From assembly GCA_027371855.1 (NCBI GenBank), contig DAHXLB010000032.1, positions 10,844 to 74,843 on the forward strand: DNA of 64,000 bases, written 5' to 3'. Below, one piece after another: positions 18,176 to 27,576 of the stretch. The number at the start of each line of letters is the position of its first letter. Positions within the stretch are counted from its first letter, which is position 1. The position numbers and the translations under genes were made by a program. Under the pieces are notes generated by a model that searched no databases, was not told where the DNA came from, and was given only the letters and a program-made list of their open reading frames with translations. This DNA is from a bacterium. GTDB taxonomy: Bacteria; Patescibacteriota; Dojkabacteria; JAKAPS01; JAJZLI01.

Positions 18176-18805
18176 ATGAAAATCTTTGATGTATCTCAAC
18201 TTTTAGATGACAATACTCCCATCTATCCAGGGAACCCAATATTTGATACGACCTTCCAGTCAACTTTAACTACAGGAAAATCTAATGTTTCAAAGATCAC
18301 AATGGGATCTCATTTTGGTACACACATAGACGCTCCTTTGCATATGAAAGATAAAGGATTGTCTATTTCTGATATTCCCCTAGATACCTTCATAGGAAAA
18401 TGTACAGTTCTTGATTTAACTGATGTTGAAATCTCAATAACAGAAGATGACATTAAAATGGCTAGTCCTGAGAATACAGAGCCTAATAAAATATTAGTTC
18501 TAAAGACTAAAAATTCTATTAGAGGGTTTGAGGAGTTTCATCCTGATTTTATATACCTAGAGCCTAGTGCGGCAGAATATATTGTACAGAAAAAAATAAA
18601 ACTTCTGGCTACAGATGGCCCATCAGTAAAAAAATTTCATAGTGAAGATTTAATACATAAATTTTTGTTTGATCACAATGTTATTATTGCAGAAGGATTG
18701 GTGTTGCAAAATGTAGAAAATGGAGAGTATACTTTTATTGGAGCACCATTAAAATTTGAAGGCCTTGATGCTTCGCCTTGTAGGATTTTTTTAATTAAAG
18801 AATGA
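18176..18805 (+). CDS. cyclase-family protein (kynurenine formamidase-like metal hydrolase)
   Basis: The HFGTHIDAPLH motif (HxGTHxDAPxH) is characteristic of the cyclase/arylformamidase family. 209 aa. Confidence 0.6.
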   Translation: MKIFDVSQLLDDNTPIYPGNPIFDTTFQSTLTTGKSNVSKITMGSHFGTHIDAPLHMKDKGLSISDIPLDTFIGKCTVLDLTDVEISITEDDIKMASPENTEPNKILVLKTKNSIRGFEEFHPDFIYLEPSAAEYIVQKKIKLLATDGPSVKKFHSEDLIHKFLFDHNVIIAEGLVLQNVENGEYTFIGAPLKFEGLDASPCRIFLIKE

Positions 18806-18836
18806 TTTTGAAATATTTAGACAAAAAAAGGACCTA

Positions 18837-19826
18837 ATGGATAAACATGAAATAGCAATAATTGGACTTGGAAAAATGGGATTAAATCTAGCCTTGAATC
18901 TTCAGGATAAGGGGATGTATGTTTACGGTTATAATAGAAGTGAAGATGGTCGGGTTGAGGCATCAAAAAATGGTATAAAGACAGCTACTTCAACAGAAGA
19001 GCTAATTTCTTTTTTTGAAGGGAGAAAAAAGGTTATCTGGATAATGGTTCCTCAGGGAGCGCCTGTAGAGGCAGTTTTATTTGATGACAATGAGGGTATA
19101 GTTAAACAACTAAAAACCGAAGATTTAATAATTGATGGGGGAAACTCATATTTTAGAGATTCAATTTCAAGGCATGAAAAACTTGAAGCTGCAGGTATTG
19201 ATTTTTTAGATTGTGGAACTAGTGGTGGAATGCTTGGAGCAAGATCAGGTGCATGTTTGATGATTGGGGGAGACCAAAATGTTTTTGATAGTCACAAATG
19301 GATTTTTGAGGCAGTTGCAGAGAAAAATGGATATTTATATATTGGACCTGCCGGGTCTGGACATTATGTTAAGATGATCCACAACGCTATAGAGTATGGG
19401 ATGATGCAGTCAATAGCAGAAGGACTTAATCTTATAAAAAATGGGGAGTACAAAGATATAGACATAAAAAATCTCTTAGGCGTATGGAATCATGGCAGTA
19501 TTATAGAATCATATCTAACAAAGATTACTCAAGAACAGATGGGTCAATATTCTCCAAATTTGGATGAAATTGAAGGCATAGTAGAGGACAATGGAGAGGG
19601 GGCATGGACGTTGAAAGAGGCCATTGATAAAAGGGTGCCTTTTGAGACAGTATCTCACGCATTGTTTTCTAGATTTTCATCAAAAGGGAATAGTCTTTAT
19701 GCAAATAAAGTTTTGGCTCTAATGAGAAATGGCTTTGGGGGGCATAGGCTGATCAAAGAGAATAATGGTTCTCCCGTCTTAGGTCCAATAGACCAAGATC
19801 CAAAGGACCAAGAACTAAGAGTCTAG
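18837..19826 (+). CDS. gnd: 6-phosphogluconate dehydrogenase-like (short, decarboxylating, NAD(P)-binding form)
   Basis: IAIIGLGKMGLNLALNL Rossmann motif, followed by IIDGGNSYF and a GTSGG...GACLMIGGD block typical of the short 6PGDH family. The 3' end carries an in-frame palindromic repeat. Confidence 0.75.
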   Translation: MDKHEIAIIGLGKMGLNLALNLQDKGMYVYGYNRSEDGRVEASKNGIKTATSTEELISFFEGRKKVIWIMVPQGAPVEAVLFDDNEGIVKQLKTEDLIIDGGNSYFRDSISRHEKLEAAGIDFLDCGTSGGMLGARSGACLMIGGDQNVFDSHKWIFEAVAEKNGYLYIGPAGSGHYVKMIHNAIEYGMMQSIAEGLNLIKNGEYKDIDIKNLLGVWNHGSIIESYLTKITQEQMGQYSPNLDEIEGIVEDNGEGAWTLKEAIDKRVPFETVSHALFSRFSSKGNSLYANKVLALMRNGFGGHRLIKENNGSPVLGPIDQDPKDQELRV

Positions 19827-19873
19827 GCTCAAAGGACCTAGGCCCAAGGATCTAGATCCAAGGGGTCTGGACC
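19791..19873. repeat. cluster of CTAG/CTGG-centred palindromic mini-repeats with 15-bp period
   Basis: GACCAAGATCC AAA GGACCAAGAAC ... GGACCTAGGCCC AA GGATCTAGATCC AAG GGGTCTGGACC. It spans the stop codon of the 6PGDH-like gene and the following intergenic region. Confidence 0.7.
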
Positions 19874-19915
19874 TAAGCATCTATATGCAAAATTAATTTT
19901 ATTAAAAAAAGTATT

Positions 19916-20581
19916 ATGAAAATTTTTATTGATAGTGCAGATACAAAAGAGATAAAGAAACTTGTAGCTTTAAAGGTTATAGATGGGTTAACCACTAATC
20001 CTACATTGGCATCAAAAAGTGGGAAGAAATACGCTGATCTTGTAAATGAAATATTTGGAATTATGCCGGAAGACAGTATTATAAACTTAGAGGTTATAAA
20101 TACAGACTATGAAGGCATTTTATCCCAAGCAAGACTTCTTGCATCCCTAGATAAAAGAGTTGTGGTAAAAATACCATGTATACCCGAGGGATTAAAAGCT
20201 TGTAAAACTTTATCTTCTGAGGGTATACGTGTGAATATAACCTTAGTTTTCTCTTCTATGCAGGCATTGCTCGTAGCAAAGGCTGGAGCATATTTTGTTT
20301 CCCCTTTTGTAGGGAGATTAGACGATATATCTGAAGATGGAGTTGGTGCTGTAGAAGACATGGTTCAAGTTTATGATAATTATGATTTCAAGACACAAAT
20401 ACTTTTTGCATCTATAAGATCAGTAGAACACATAAGACAAGCTTGTCTTATGGGGGTTGACGCTATAACATCTCCCTACCAGTTTATTATGGAGATGTAT
20501 AATCACCCCTTAACAGACAAAGGCTTAAAACAGTTCCTTGATGACTGGCACAATTCTGGAGAAGAATTTATAACAAAATAA
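19916..20581 (+). CDS. tal: transaldolase / fructose-6-phosphate aldolase (short Tal/FSA family)
   Basis: MKIFIDSADTKEIKKL...GLTTNPTL is the canonical start of the ~220-aa Tal/FSA family. Confidence 0.85.
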   Translation: MKIFIDSADTKEIKKLVALKVIDGLTTNPTLASKSGKKYADLVNEIFGIMPEDSIINLEVINTDYEGILSQARLLASLDKRVVVKIPCIPEGLKACKTLSSEGIRVNITLVFSSMQALLVAKAGAYFVSPFVGRLDDISEDGVGAVEDMVQVYDNYDFKTQILFASIRSVEHIRQACLMGVDAITSPYQFIMEMYNHPLTDKGLKQFLDDWHNSGEEFITK

Positions 20582-20585
20582 AATC

Positions 20586-21911
20586 ATGATTAAATACGAT
20601 TACACCAATATGCTTTATCCTAAGGTACAGGATAAGGCTATAAAAAAAGAAGATCTCTTTGATTTTGTATCACCCACATTTAGAAAGGAGGACCTTACAT
20701 TTAGGGACTTGATATATAAAGATACTGCAGATATTAAGGCTCTTGGGGAGCATATAAAAGAAAAATTTAAAAAATATGTAGTTGTAGGAATTGGAGGGTC
20801 AGATTTAGGGTCAAGGGCAATAGTTGGGGCCTTAAAACAAAAAAGTGATACTAAGGTTGATTTTATAGGTGCAAATACGGATCCTGATCAGGTTTCGGAT
20901 TTTTTTAATAATCTTGATGATCTAGATAAAACAGTTTTTAATATTATCTCTAAGTCCGGAGAGACAGTGGAAGTAATAGCTATATTTTTATATATTATAA
21001 ATTTCATTAAAGAGAAATTGGGTGCTCAATATGTGAGCAAAAATATTTATGTAACAACAAGTTCTCCCACTGGAGGGGCCAAAGAAAGTTCTCTTTATAA
21101 AGTTGCACAAAAAGAAGGCATTAATATAATAGAAGGTGTTTCTGATGTAGGAGACAGATTTTCTGTATTATCAGTCATAGGGATGTTAACAGCCGAAGTG
21201 ATGGGTCTAGATTCAGAAGAATTCCTTTCTGGTGCAAGAGAAGTTGATGATAAATGTTCAAGTTTAAGTCCATATTCCAATGATGCATTGATGTTTGCAG
21301 AGCTTAATTTTTTATCTCATAAATTATATGGTAAAAATATAGGCGTAGTTATGCCATATGCTGAAAAGCTAAGGAGTTTTGCTTTTTGGTATAGGCAACT
21401 TTGGGCAGAAAGTTTGGGGAAGAAACTTGATATAAACGGGAGTATTGTAAATACTGGAATAACCCCAATAGCATCGCTCGGGTCGACAGACCAACACTCT
21501 CAATTACAATTGTACAATGAAGGACCAAATGATTTAATAGTAACCTTTATTTTTGGAGAAATCTTTGATACTGATCCACGAATAAAAACAGATATAAAAG
21601 AACTTGAATATCTTAATGGGAAAGGCTTCAGAGAATTAATTTCTATAGAAAGAGAGGCTACAGCATTGTCATTGCGCGAAAACCAAAGATCAAACGGAAC
21701 AATTATCTTAGATAATATGTCTCCAAAGACTATGGGTAGACTTTTTTATTTTTTTGAACTTGCATGCTCGTATCTTGGGAGTATGTTGGAAATAGATACT
21801 TTCAATCAACCAGGGGTTGAGAAAGGAAAGGAATACATGTATGCCTTACTTTCAAAACCAGGATTTGAAGAAGAAAGGCAAGTTTTGGATAAGAATTTAA
21901 AAGATGATTAA
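20586..21911 (+). CDS. pgi: glucose-6-phosphate isomerase
   Basis: VVVGIGGSDLGSRAI matches the SIS-domain signature GIGGSxLG, and the 441-aa length fits PGI. Confidence 0.85.
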   Translation: MIKYDYTNMLYPKVQDKAIKKEDLFDFVSPTFRKEDLTFRDLIYKDTADIKALGEHIKEKFKKYVVVGIGGSDLGSRAIVGALKQKSDTKVDFIGANTDPDQVSDFFNNLDDLDKTVFNIISKSGETVEVIAIFLYIINFIKEKLGAQYVSKNIYVTTSSPTGGAKESSLYKVAQKEGINIIEGVSDVGDRFSVLSVIGMLTAEVMGLDSEEFLSGAREVDDKCSSLSPYSNDALMFAELNFLSHKLYGKNIGVVMPYAEKLRSFAFWYRQLWAESLGKKLDINGSIVNTGITPIASLGSTDQHSQLQLYNEGPNDLIVTFIFGEIFDTDPRIKTDIKELEYLNGKGFRELISIEREATALSLRENQRSNGTIILDNMSPKTMGRLFYFFELACSYLGSMLEIDTFNQPGVEKGKEYMYALLSKPGFEEERQVLDKNLKDD

Positions 21912-23328
21912 TAAGCACTGTAACAAAAACAAAAAAGAGTCTCTAGGTATTTTTGTTTTTGGCGCTACAGGGGATTTAGCACATAAAAAACTATTTCCTT
22001 CTCTCTTTAATCTCTATAAAAATATGATGATAAATCATGAAATAGAGATTTTTGCAATCGGGAGGAAAGATTTTTCTGATTCAAGTTTTAATTCTACGCT
22101 TAGGGGATACATAAAAGAAGCATTAATACATGATCATCTTAAAGAGGAGGATTTAGATAAATTTTTTTCAAAAATTCACTATATAAATCTTGATTTTCAG
22201 AATTTAGAAGATATAAAAAAACTCAAAGGAATATATCCCAATGATTGTTTTTCTAAAATTTTCTACTTAGCGGTACCACCCATATCTTATAAAATAATTA
22301 GTAAAAACCTTGAAGACTCGGGGCTAAACAAACAATGTAGCGACCATAATACATTTTCGAGGATAGTATTAGAAAAACCTTTTGGTACAGATCTAAAATC
22401 TGCAGAAGATCTTAATAAAACATTGGTATCTGGGTTTTCAGAAAAACAGATATACAGGATTGATCACTATCTTGGGAAAGAACCTGTACAAAATATATTT
22501 TCTTTTAGATTTGCAAATAATATTTTTGAGAACATATGGAATAATAAATACATAGATAGTATTCAGATACAATTATTAGAAGATATTGGGATTGGTGAAA
22601 GAGGAGCTTTTTATGATGCAACTGGGGTAATAATAGATGTTTTTCAGAATCATATTTTACAGATGTTAGCAATTTTAACTATGAATAAACCTAAGATTTT
22701 TGAAGAAGATCGTATTAGGTATGAGAAGAATTCCTTAATATCCAGAATCTTAATAACGGATGTTATTAAAGGACAATATGAAGGATATAGGGAAGAACAA
22801 AATGTTGACCCTCATTCAAAAAGAGATACTTTTGTTGCAATGAAGCTTAATATTCAAAGTAGAAGATGGGACGGAGTCCCTATCTATATAAAAACAGGCA
22901 AACTGTTAAACATAAAAAAAACCATTATCTCCGTAGTATTTAAAAATACGAAAAAAGAACTATTTAAGGGTCAATTTAAAGGGGATATACTTTCTTTTAT
23001 AATTCAGCCAGATCTTGGAATAAAATTGAATTTTGCTGGCAAGGTGCCTGGAATGGACTACCAGATTACTGATATACAAATGGAGTATAAATATTCTGAT
23101 TATTTTGGAGAGTTAAAAAGTGAGTATGAAAAATTATTAACAGACTGTATTCTTGGTAATCAAATGAATTTTACAAGAACTGACGAGATTGAAAATTCAT
23201 GGAGAATTGTAGATAAAATTGAAAGAAATATTAAAGACCGAGAGCCTTTGGTATATACAAAGAACTCTGATGGGCCCAAAGAAGCCGATGATTTAATAGA
23301 AAAAGATCATAGATCTTGGATTTTATGA
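21904..23328 (+). CDS. zwf: glucose-6-phosphate 1-dehydrogenase
   Basis: FVFGATGDLAHKKLFPSLFNL is the G6PD N-terminal NADP motif, and RIDHYLGKE is the active-site signature. Confidence 0.9.
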   Translation: MINKHCNKNKKESLGIFVFGATGDLAHKKLFPSLFNLYKNMMINHEIEIFAIGRKDFSDSSFNSTLRGYIKEALIHDHLKEEDLDKFFSKIHYINLDFQNLEDIKKLKGIYPNDCFSKIFYLAVPPISYKIISKNLEDSGLNKQCSDHNTFSRIVLEKPFGTDLKSAEDLNKTLVSGFSEKQIYRIDHYLGKEPVQNIFSFRFANNIFENIWNNKYIDSIQIQLLEDIGIGERGAFYDATGVIIDVFQNHILQMLAILTMNKPKIFEEDRIRYEKNSLISRILITDVIKGQYEGYREEQNVDPHSKRDTFVAMKLNIQSRRWDGVPIYIKTGKLLNIKKTIISVVFKNTKKELFKGQFKGDILSFIIQPDLGIKLNFAGKVPGMDYQITDIQMEYKYSDYFGELKSEYEKLLTDCILGNQMNFTRTDEIENSWRIVDKIERNIKDREPLVYTKNSDGPKEADDLIEKDHRSWIL

Positions 23329-23934
23329 AATGCTGTTTAATGTAACTATTGCATCTTTAATATTTTGAGCTTTATATATTGATGAATTAGATACGGCATA
23401 GCTAGCTCCACTGTCCATTATCATTTTTATATTATCCTCTTTTACTCCCCCGTCTACTCCTATTGTTTTTACTAGTTCTTTCTTTAGAAAAGCAACCTTA
23501 TCTAATGTAGGTTTATTAAATAATTGCCCAGAAAGTCCTATTTCAACTGACATTATTAAAAACCCATCTACTATAGGAATATATTTTTTTTGTTCTGTAA
23601 TATCAGTGTTTAAATCTACTCCAGCAAAAATTTCCCAATTACCTTTCAATTTTGTGACTTCATTTTCAAAATCTGGAATTTCTACATGGACAATAATTGT
23701 TTGAGGGTTTAGTCTTTCAATATCTTCTTTATATAAAGAAGGATTATTGACCATTAAGTGTAGTTCTAGTTTAATACCTTTAATACTGGGTATTTCATTA
23801 AGATTCAGAGTTTTCTCTTTCGTTAATGTTCCATCCATTATATCTATATGTACCTTGCTTGATAAATTCTTGGCGAAAGATATTTCTTCTAAAAGTTCTA
23901 ATTTTTTTGTTGTTAATATTGCAGGAATAACCAT
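23323..23934 (-). CDS. rpe: ribulose-phosphate 3-epimerase
   Basis: HIDIMDG, HLMV, VDGFLIMSVEIGLSGQ and VDGGV blocks line up with the RPE TIM-barrel motifs. Confidence 0.7.
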   Translation of the reverse strand: MVIPAILTTKKLELLEEISFAKNLSSKVHIDIMDGTLTKEKTLNLNEIPSIKGIKLELHLMVNNPSLYKEDIERLNPQTIIVHVEIPDFENEVTKLKGNWEIFAGVDLNTDITEQKKYIPIVDGFLIMSVEIGLSGQLFNKPTLDKVAFLKKELVKTIGVDGGVKEDNIKMIMDSGASYAVSNSSIYKAQNIKDAIVTLNSIS

Positions 23935-23935
23935 A

Positions 23936-24367
23936 TTAGCTCATTTCCTTTACTCTTCTTCTATATCTTTTAATATTTTTGAAATTTGTATTTATAAATG
24001 TTTTTACAATATCTTTGTAATCTTCGCTGCTATCAAACATCATTGCGGAAAAAACAAGAACATTCGCGTCGTCTTCTTCTCTAGATAATTTTGCAAAAGT
24101 TTTGTTATTACATAAAGCTGCTCTTATCCACTTGAATCTATTTACTGCTATCTCCATTCCTTCTCCGGATCTACACACCAATATTCCCATACTGTCTTTT
24201 TCGGCTTTCATTCTTTCTGCAAGAGACTGAGCATATAATGGATAATCGTCTTCTTTTATAAATTCAAAAGGTCCAAGGTCAAAGTAGCTAATTTTCTCTA
24301 AATTGAGAAATGATATAATCTGTAGTTTTAAATGAAACCCTGCATGGTCTGATGATAAATAAATCAT
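23936..24367 (-). CDS. rpiB: ribose-5-phosphate isomerase B
   Basis: LSSDHAGFHLK...DYPLYAQSLA...GILVCRSGEGMEIAVNRFKWIRAALC matches RpiB/LacAB family motifs. Confidence 0.85.
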   Translation of the reverse strand: MIYLSSDHAGFHLKLQIISFLNLEKISYFDLGPFEFIKEDDYPLYAQSLAERMKAEKDSMGILVCRSGEGMEIAVNRFKWIRAALCNNKTFAKLSREEDDANVLVFSAMMFDSSEDYKDIVKTFINTNFKNIKRYRRRVKEMS

Positions 24368-24463
24368 AGTTTTATTATATACTAAAATATACCAATACTT
24401 TAGTGAAAATACAAATTACAAAAGTTAGTAAATATTGATATAAAAGCTTTAAGATTAGTAAAT

Positions 24464-24492
24464 TTGCTGATAACCTATTAATACTGTATAAT
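24464..24492 (+). promoter_or_regulatory. putative rpmH promoter with extended -10 element
   Basis: TTGCTG at 24464-24469, a 17-nt spacer ending in TG, then TATAAT at 24487-24492, about 20 bp upstream of the rpmH ATG. Confidence 0.5.
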
Positions 24493-24513
24493 TTACGAGT
24501 TATATAAAATATT

Positions 24514-24696
24514 ATGAAAAGAACATACCAGCCAAAAAAACTTAAAACTCTAAGGAAATTTGGTTTTATGGCAAGAATGTCTACCCATGGTGGAAGAAAT
24601 GTTATAAAGAGAAGAAAGCTAAAAGGAAGGACAGAACTTTCAATTTCTGATGTGTTCAGGAAAATTGGGAAAAAGCCTAGAAATAAGATAAGATAA
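24514..24696 (+). CDS. rpmH: 50S ribosomal protein L34
   Basis: [39 protein letters not shown] is the L34 signature. It precedes rnpA and yidC. At 60 aa it is slightly C-terminally extended. Confidence 0.85.
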   Translation: MKRTYQPKKLKTLRKFGFMARMSTHGGRNVIKRRKLKGRTELSISDVFRKIGKKPRNKIR

Positions 24697-24703
24697 AGGT
24701 GAT

Positions 24704-25096
24704 ATGTTACCTTCAAGAAACAGGCTCAGAAAGGGATTTTTAAGAATCTATAAAGACAAAAAAAAGGTTGTTAATCCAATGTTCCTGCTTTTTTATAAAG
24801 AAAATGAAAAAGGGTACCCTAGGGTTGGTTTTGTTATAAGAAAAAAATTAGGGAAGGCTCATTTAAGAAATAAAGTTAAGAGGGAGTTTAGATCTATTGT
24901 AAGAGAAAAACTTACAGATGATGATAATTTTAAAAGTATGGGATGTGACTTTATTTTTCTTGTGAATCATAACCTAACCAAGCTAGATTCAACTAAGAAG
25001 GAATCGTTTGAATGGGGAGATATAAAATACATAGATATAAAAACTAATATAATAAATGCATTCACGGAGGTATCCGTACAAATAGATAAAATATAA
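24704..25096 (+). CDS. rnpA: ribonuclease P protein component
   Basis: GFVIRKKLGKAHLRNKVKREFR matches the RnpA RNR motif. Position is rpmH-rnpA-yidC. Confidence 0.85.
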   Translation: MLPSRNRLRKGFLRIYKDKKKVVNPMFLLFYKENEKGYPRVGFVIRKKLGKAHLRNKVKREFRSIVREKLTDDDNFKSMGCDFIFLVNHNLTKLDSTKKESFEWGDIKYIDIKTNIINAFTEVSVQIDKI

Positions 25097-26001
25097 TGGG
25101 ATCATTTTTTATAACAATTTGGAGCAGCATTATTTCTTTTTGGAATGTTATATTTTTTCACCCAATTTTAAATATATTGGTTGGACTATATAAAGTTTCT
25201 GGAGGAAATTTTGGTATTGCTGTAATACTTCTTACTATAATACTAAGACTACTTTTGTGGCCACTTTTAAAAGCACAAATCCAGTCTGCCAAAAATATGG
25301 CAAAAATTCAGCCAAGAATTAAGGAGATACAAAAAAAATACAAGAATGATGTTTTAAAACTTCGAGAAGAGCAGATGAAGATATTTAAAGAAGAAGGAGT
25401 AAACCCTGCAGGGAGCTGTTTATCTGTTGTCGTACAATTTCCCTTTTTAATAGGTGTTTATGAAGCTATTATTATCATGAGTCATAATGGGGCTACGTAT
25501 ATAAATAAGTTAATGTATTTTCCGTTTTTACACTACCCTTCAAATTATCATTATAATTTAAGTTTTTTTGTAATAAATGTTGGAAAGGCTGCTGCAGATT
25601 TTTCAATTTCAAACATACAAATAGTCCCATACATTATTCTTGCTCTTTTAGTAGGGTATTCTCAATATCTATCTACTAAGGTTTCTCTGCCTATCACTGA
25701 AAATAAGATAGAGGAAGAGATTACCTCTCTAGAGATTAAGGATGCAAAAGGGGCCAAGGGGAAAGAGGCCAAGAAATCTGCGTTATCAATGGATCCTTCA
25801 GATATGGGAAATATGATGACTAAGCAAATGCTTTATATCATGCCTGTATTTACAGCTGTTATATCCCTAGGAATTCTTGGAAACATACCGTCTGCATTGT
25901 CTTTGTACTGGATGGTTCAAGCATTCTTTATTTTTTTCCAGTCAAAAATTATGACAATGGGACAGAAAAAGATACTATCCTCTACTCCTAAGCTAGAATA
26001 A
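25096..26001 (+). CDS. yidC: membrane protein insertase YidC (short form)
   Basis: NFGIAVILLTIILRLLLWPL...MAKIQPRIKEIQKKYKND...GVNPAGSCL...QFPFLIGVYEAI matches the YidC/Oxa1 core. Confidence 0.85.
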   Translation: MGSFFITIWSSIISFWNVIFFHPILNILVGLYKVSGGNFGIAVILLTIILRLLLWPLLKAQIQSAKNMAKIQPRIKEIQKKYKNDVLKLREEQMKIFKEEGVNPAGSCLSVVVQFPFLIGVYEAIIIMSHNGATYINKLMYFPFLHYPSNYHYNLSFFVINVGKAAADFSISNIQIVPYIILALLVGYSQYLSTKVSLPITENKIEEEITSLEIKDAKGAKGKEAKKSALSMDPSDMGNMMTKQMLYIMPVFTAVISLGILGNIPSALSLYWMVQAFFIFFQSKIMTMGQKKILSSTPKLE

Positions 26002-26002
26002 T

Positions 26003-26749
26003 TTAGTTACTCCCTTTGTACAAATCTTTCCACTCTTCAAATGATAATTGATGAGCTCTGTATTTAGAGTACTTCTCATCAATATCTGGAATTGAAGATT
26101 TAAGCATCTTTGGTGGATTTAAAAATCCTCTTCTAATGAAGTGTTCAAAGCTAGATTCATCCAAAGATTTGCCGTGTATATTAGATATATATACAATACC
26201 AGAATCAACTTTAGGAATAGGGGTAAATTTATCTTTTGTAATTATACCTCTAAACTCTATTTTGTCTGCATAGATACGTAATGTGTTATAGAGTAGATTT
26301 CCAGGAGTTGTGTATTTTAGTGCAACCTCTTTTTGTAGGATAACAGATATTGACTGGGGCCTTATTTCTCCTTTTAGAAAAAAAGATATTATATCCTTAG
26401 ATATATAATAAGGAAGTGCTCCTATAAGCTTATAATCCTTAATTTTATTTTTAAATAAGTCTTTGAGATCTAGCGTTAATACATCCTGATTTATTATATC
26501 AATATTCTCATTTTTAAATTTCTCTTTCAATATATTAACTAACGATGAATCTATTTCTACAAGGGTTATATTTTTTGTTTTCAAAATAAGGGACGAGGTA
26601 ATGAATCCCAAGCCTGGGCCAACCTCTATAACGGTATCAGCATTCTTGATATCGGACAAGAGTGTGGTGGCAGCAGTTTTGTCTAAAAGATAATTTTGAC
26701 CTAGAGTTGAACGTGGTTTAGAACCTAAGGTCATATTTTTAAAAGCCAT
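26003..26749 (-). CDS. rsmA: 16S rRNA (adenine1518/1519-N6)-dimethyltransferase
   Basis: LGQNYLLDK...VIEVGPGLGFITSSL are the KsgA/RsmA motifs. Confidence 0.9.
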   Translation of the reverse strand: MAFKNMTLGSKPRSTLGQNYLLDKTAATTLLSDIKNADTVIEVGPGLGFITSSLILKTKNITLVEIDSSLVNILKEKFKNENIDIINQDVLTLDLKDLFKNKIKDYKLIGALPYYISKDIISFFLKGEIRPQSISVILQKEVALKYTTPGNLLYNTLRIYADKIEFRGIITKDKFTPIPKVDSGIVYISNIHGKSLDESSFEHFIRRGFLNPPKMLKSSIPDIDEKYSKYRAHQLSFEEWKDLYKGSN

Positions 26750-26752
26750 AAT

Positions 26753-27019
26753 TTATGGTCCAAAAATATTAGGTAGAGAAGGAGGCACTGCATAGCTCGT
26801 ACCTGAATAGAGCTGTTTATTTTTTATTATATTATCAAGTTTCACAAAAGATACTGTATTTATTGTAGGAGAGGAAGGAACTGTAAATGGTGTATTGTTG
26901 GGGTTGTTATAGATGGGAGATAGGATAATAAGATTTATTATGACAATTATTACCAGTGTTACTATTTTGATTATTGTAATTGTGTGGTTATTTAGATTTA
27001 TAGATTTTTTTGTTTTCAT
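26753..27019 (-). CDS. small single-TM protein at the 3' end of the pilM/N-pilO operon
   Basis: 88 aa with one TM helix. It overlaps the pilO-like gene by 4 bp. Confidence 0.35.
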   Translation of the reverse strand: MKTKKSINLNNHTITIIKIVTLVIIVIINLIILSPIYNNPNNTPFTVPSSPTINTVSFVKLDNIIKNKQLYSGTSYAVPPSLPNIFGP

Positions 27020-27576
27020 TGGGTGTAGAGTATTAATGTTATAGAGGTATTAATTATGTTAGTGGCAGGCTGTTCATCAATACTAAATGCTGTAATATCA
27101 GTATAGAAGTATGAGTTTTGGAGTAATGTCATAAATTCTATAACATTTGGAAAAGGGCCTTGGAGGTTTATATTTACAGTAAGTGCTTGAGGTCCAGTTG
27201 TTACAGGAGCTATACCTCCAGAGACAGAAATTCCAGACTTTGAAATTATTGCAGATTGAAAGACAAGTTGATTCTTTAATCCTACAAGAGCTGCCATATT
27301 ATCTTCTTGTTGAGCCCAAGTTATTATAGTATTGTTGGAAGGAAGAGTTCCTGCTAGATACTGTATTTTTTTCTTATAAGCAGTTTCATTTTTAAGCATC
27401 ATAAGGTCTTGTGTATTTTTATTTTGTAGTGTTGAAACTTGATTTGCCAATGTAGTTTTCTGTGCAATTGAAGATGTATACATATTGTAAGAAAATTGTA
27501 AGAAATACAAAACCCCTACTGTGACTATCAGATAAAATAAATATTTTTTATATTGTAATATATTTATATTGTTCAT
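27016..27576 (-). CDS. pilO: PilO-like type IV pilus assembly protein
   Basis: N-terminal TM (LFYLIVTVGVLYF), then a coiled-coil segment and a periplasmic-type domain. It sits immediately downstream of the pilM/N fusion with a 4-bp overlap. Confidence 0.5.
   Translation of the reverse strand: MNNINILQYKKYLFYLIVTVGVLYFLQFSYNMYTSSIAQKTTLANQVSTLQNKNTQDLMMLKNETAYKKKIQYLAGTLPSNNTIITWAQQEDNMAALVGLKNQLVFQSAIISKSGISVSGGIAPVTTGPQALTVNINLQGPFPNVIEFMTLLQNSYFYTDITAFSIDEQPATNIINTSITLILYTQ

Noticed and set aside
24375-24716. 113-aa minus-strand ORF overlapping rpmH
   Set aside because: It lies antisense across the promoter and entire coding region of the highly conserved L34 gene. Its composition is hydrophobic and low-complexity, typical of an AT-rich antisense frame. 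The rpmH-rnpA-yidC synteny supports the plus-strand genes.
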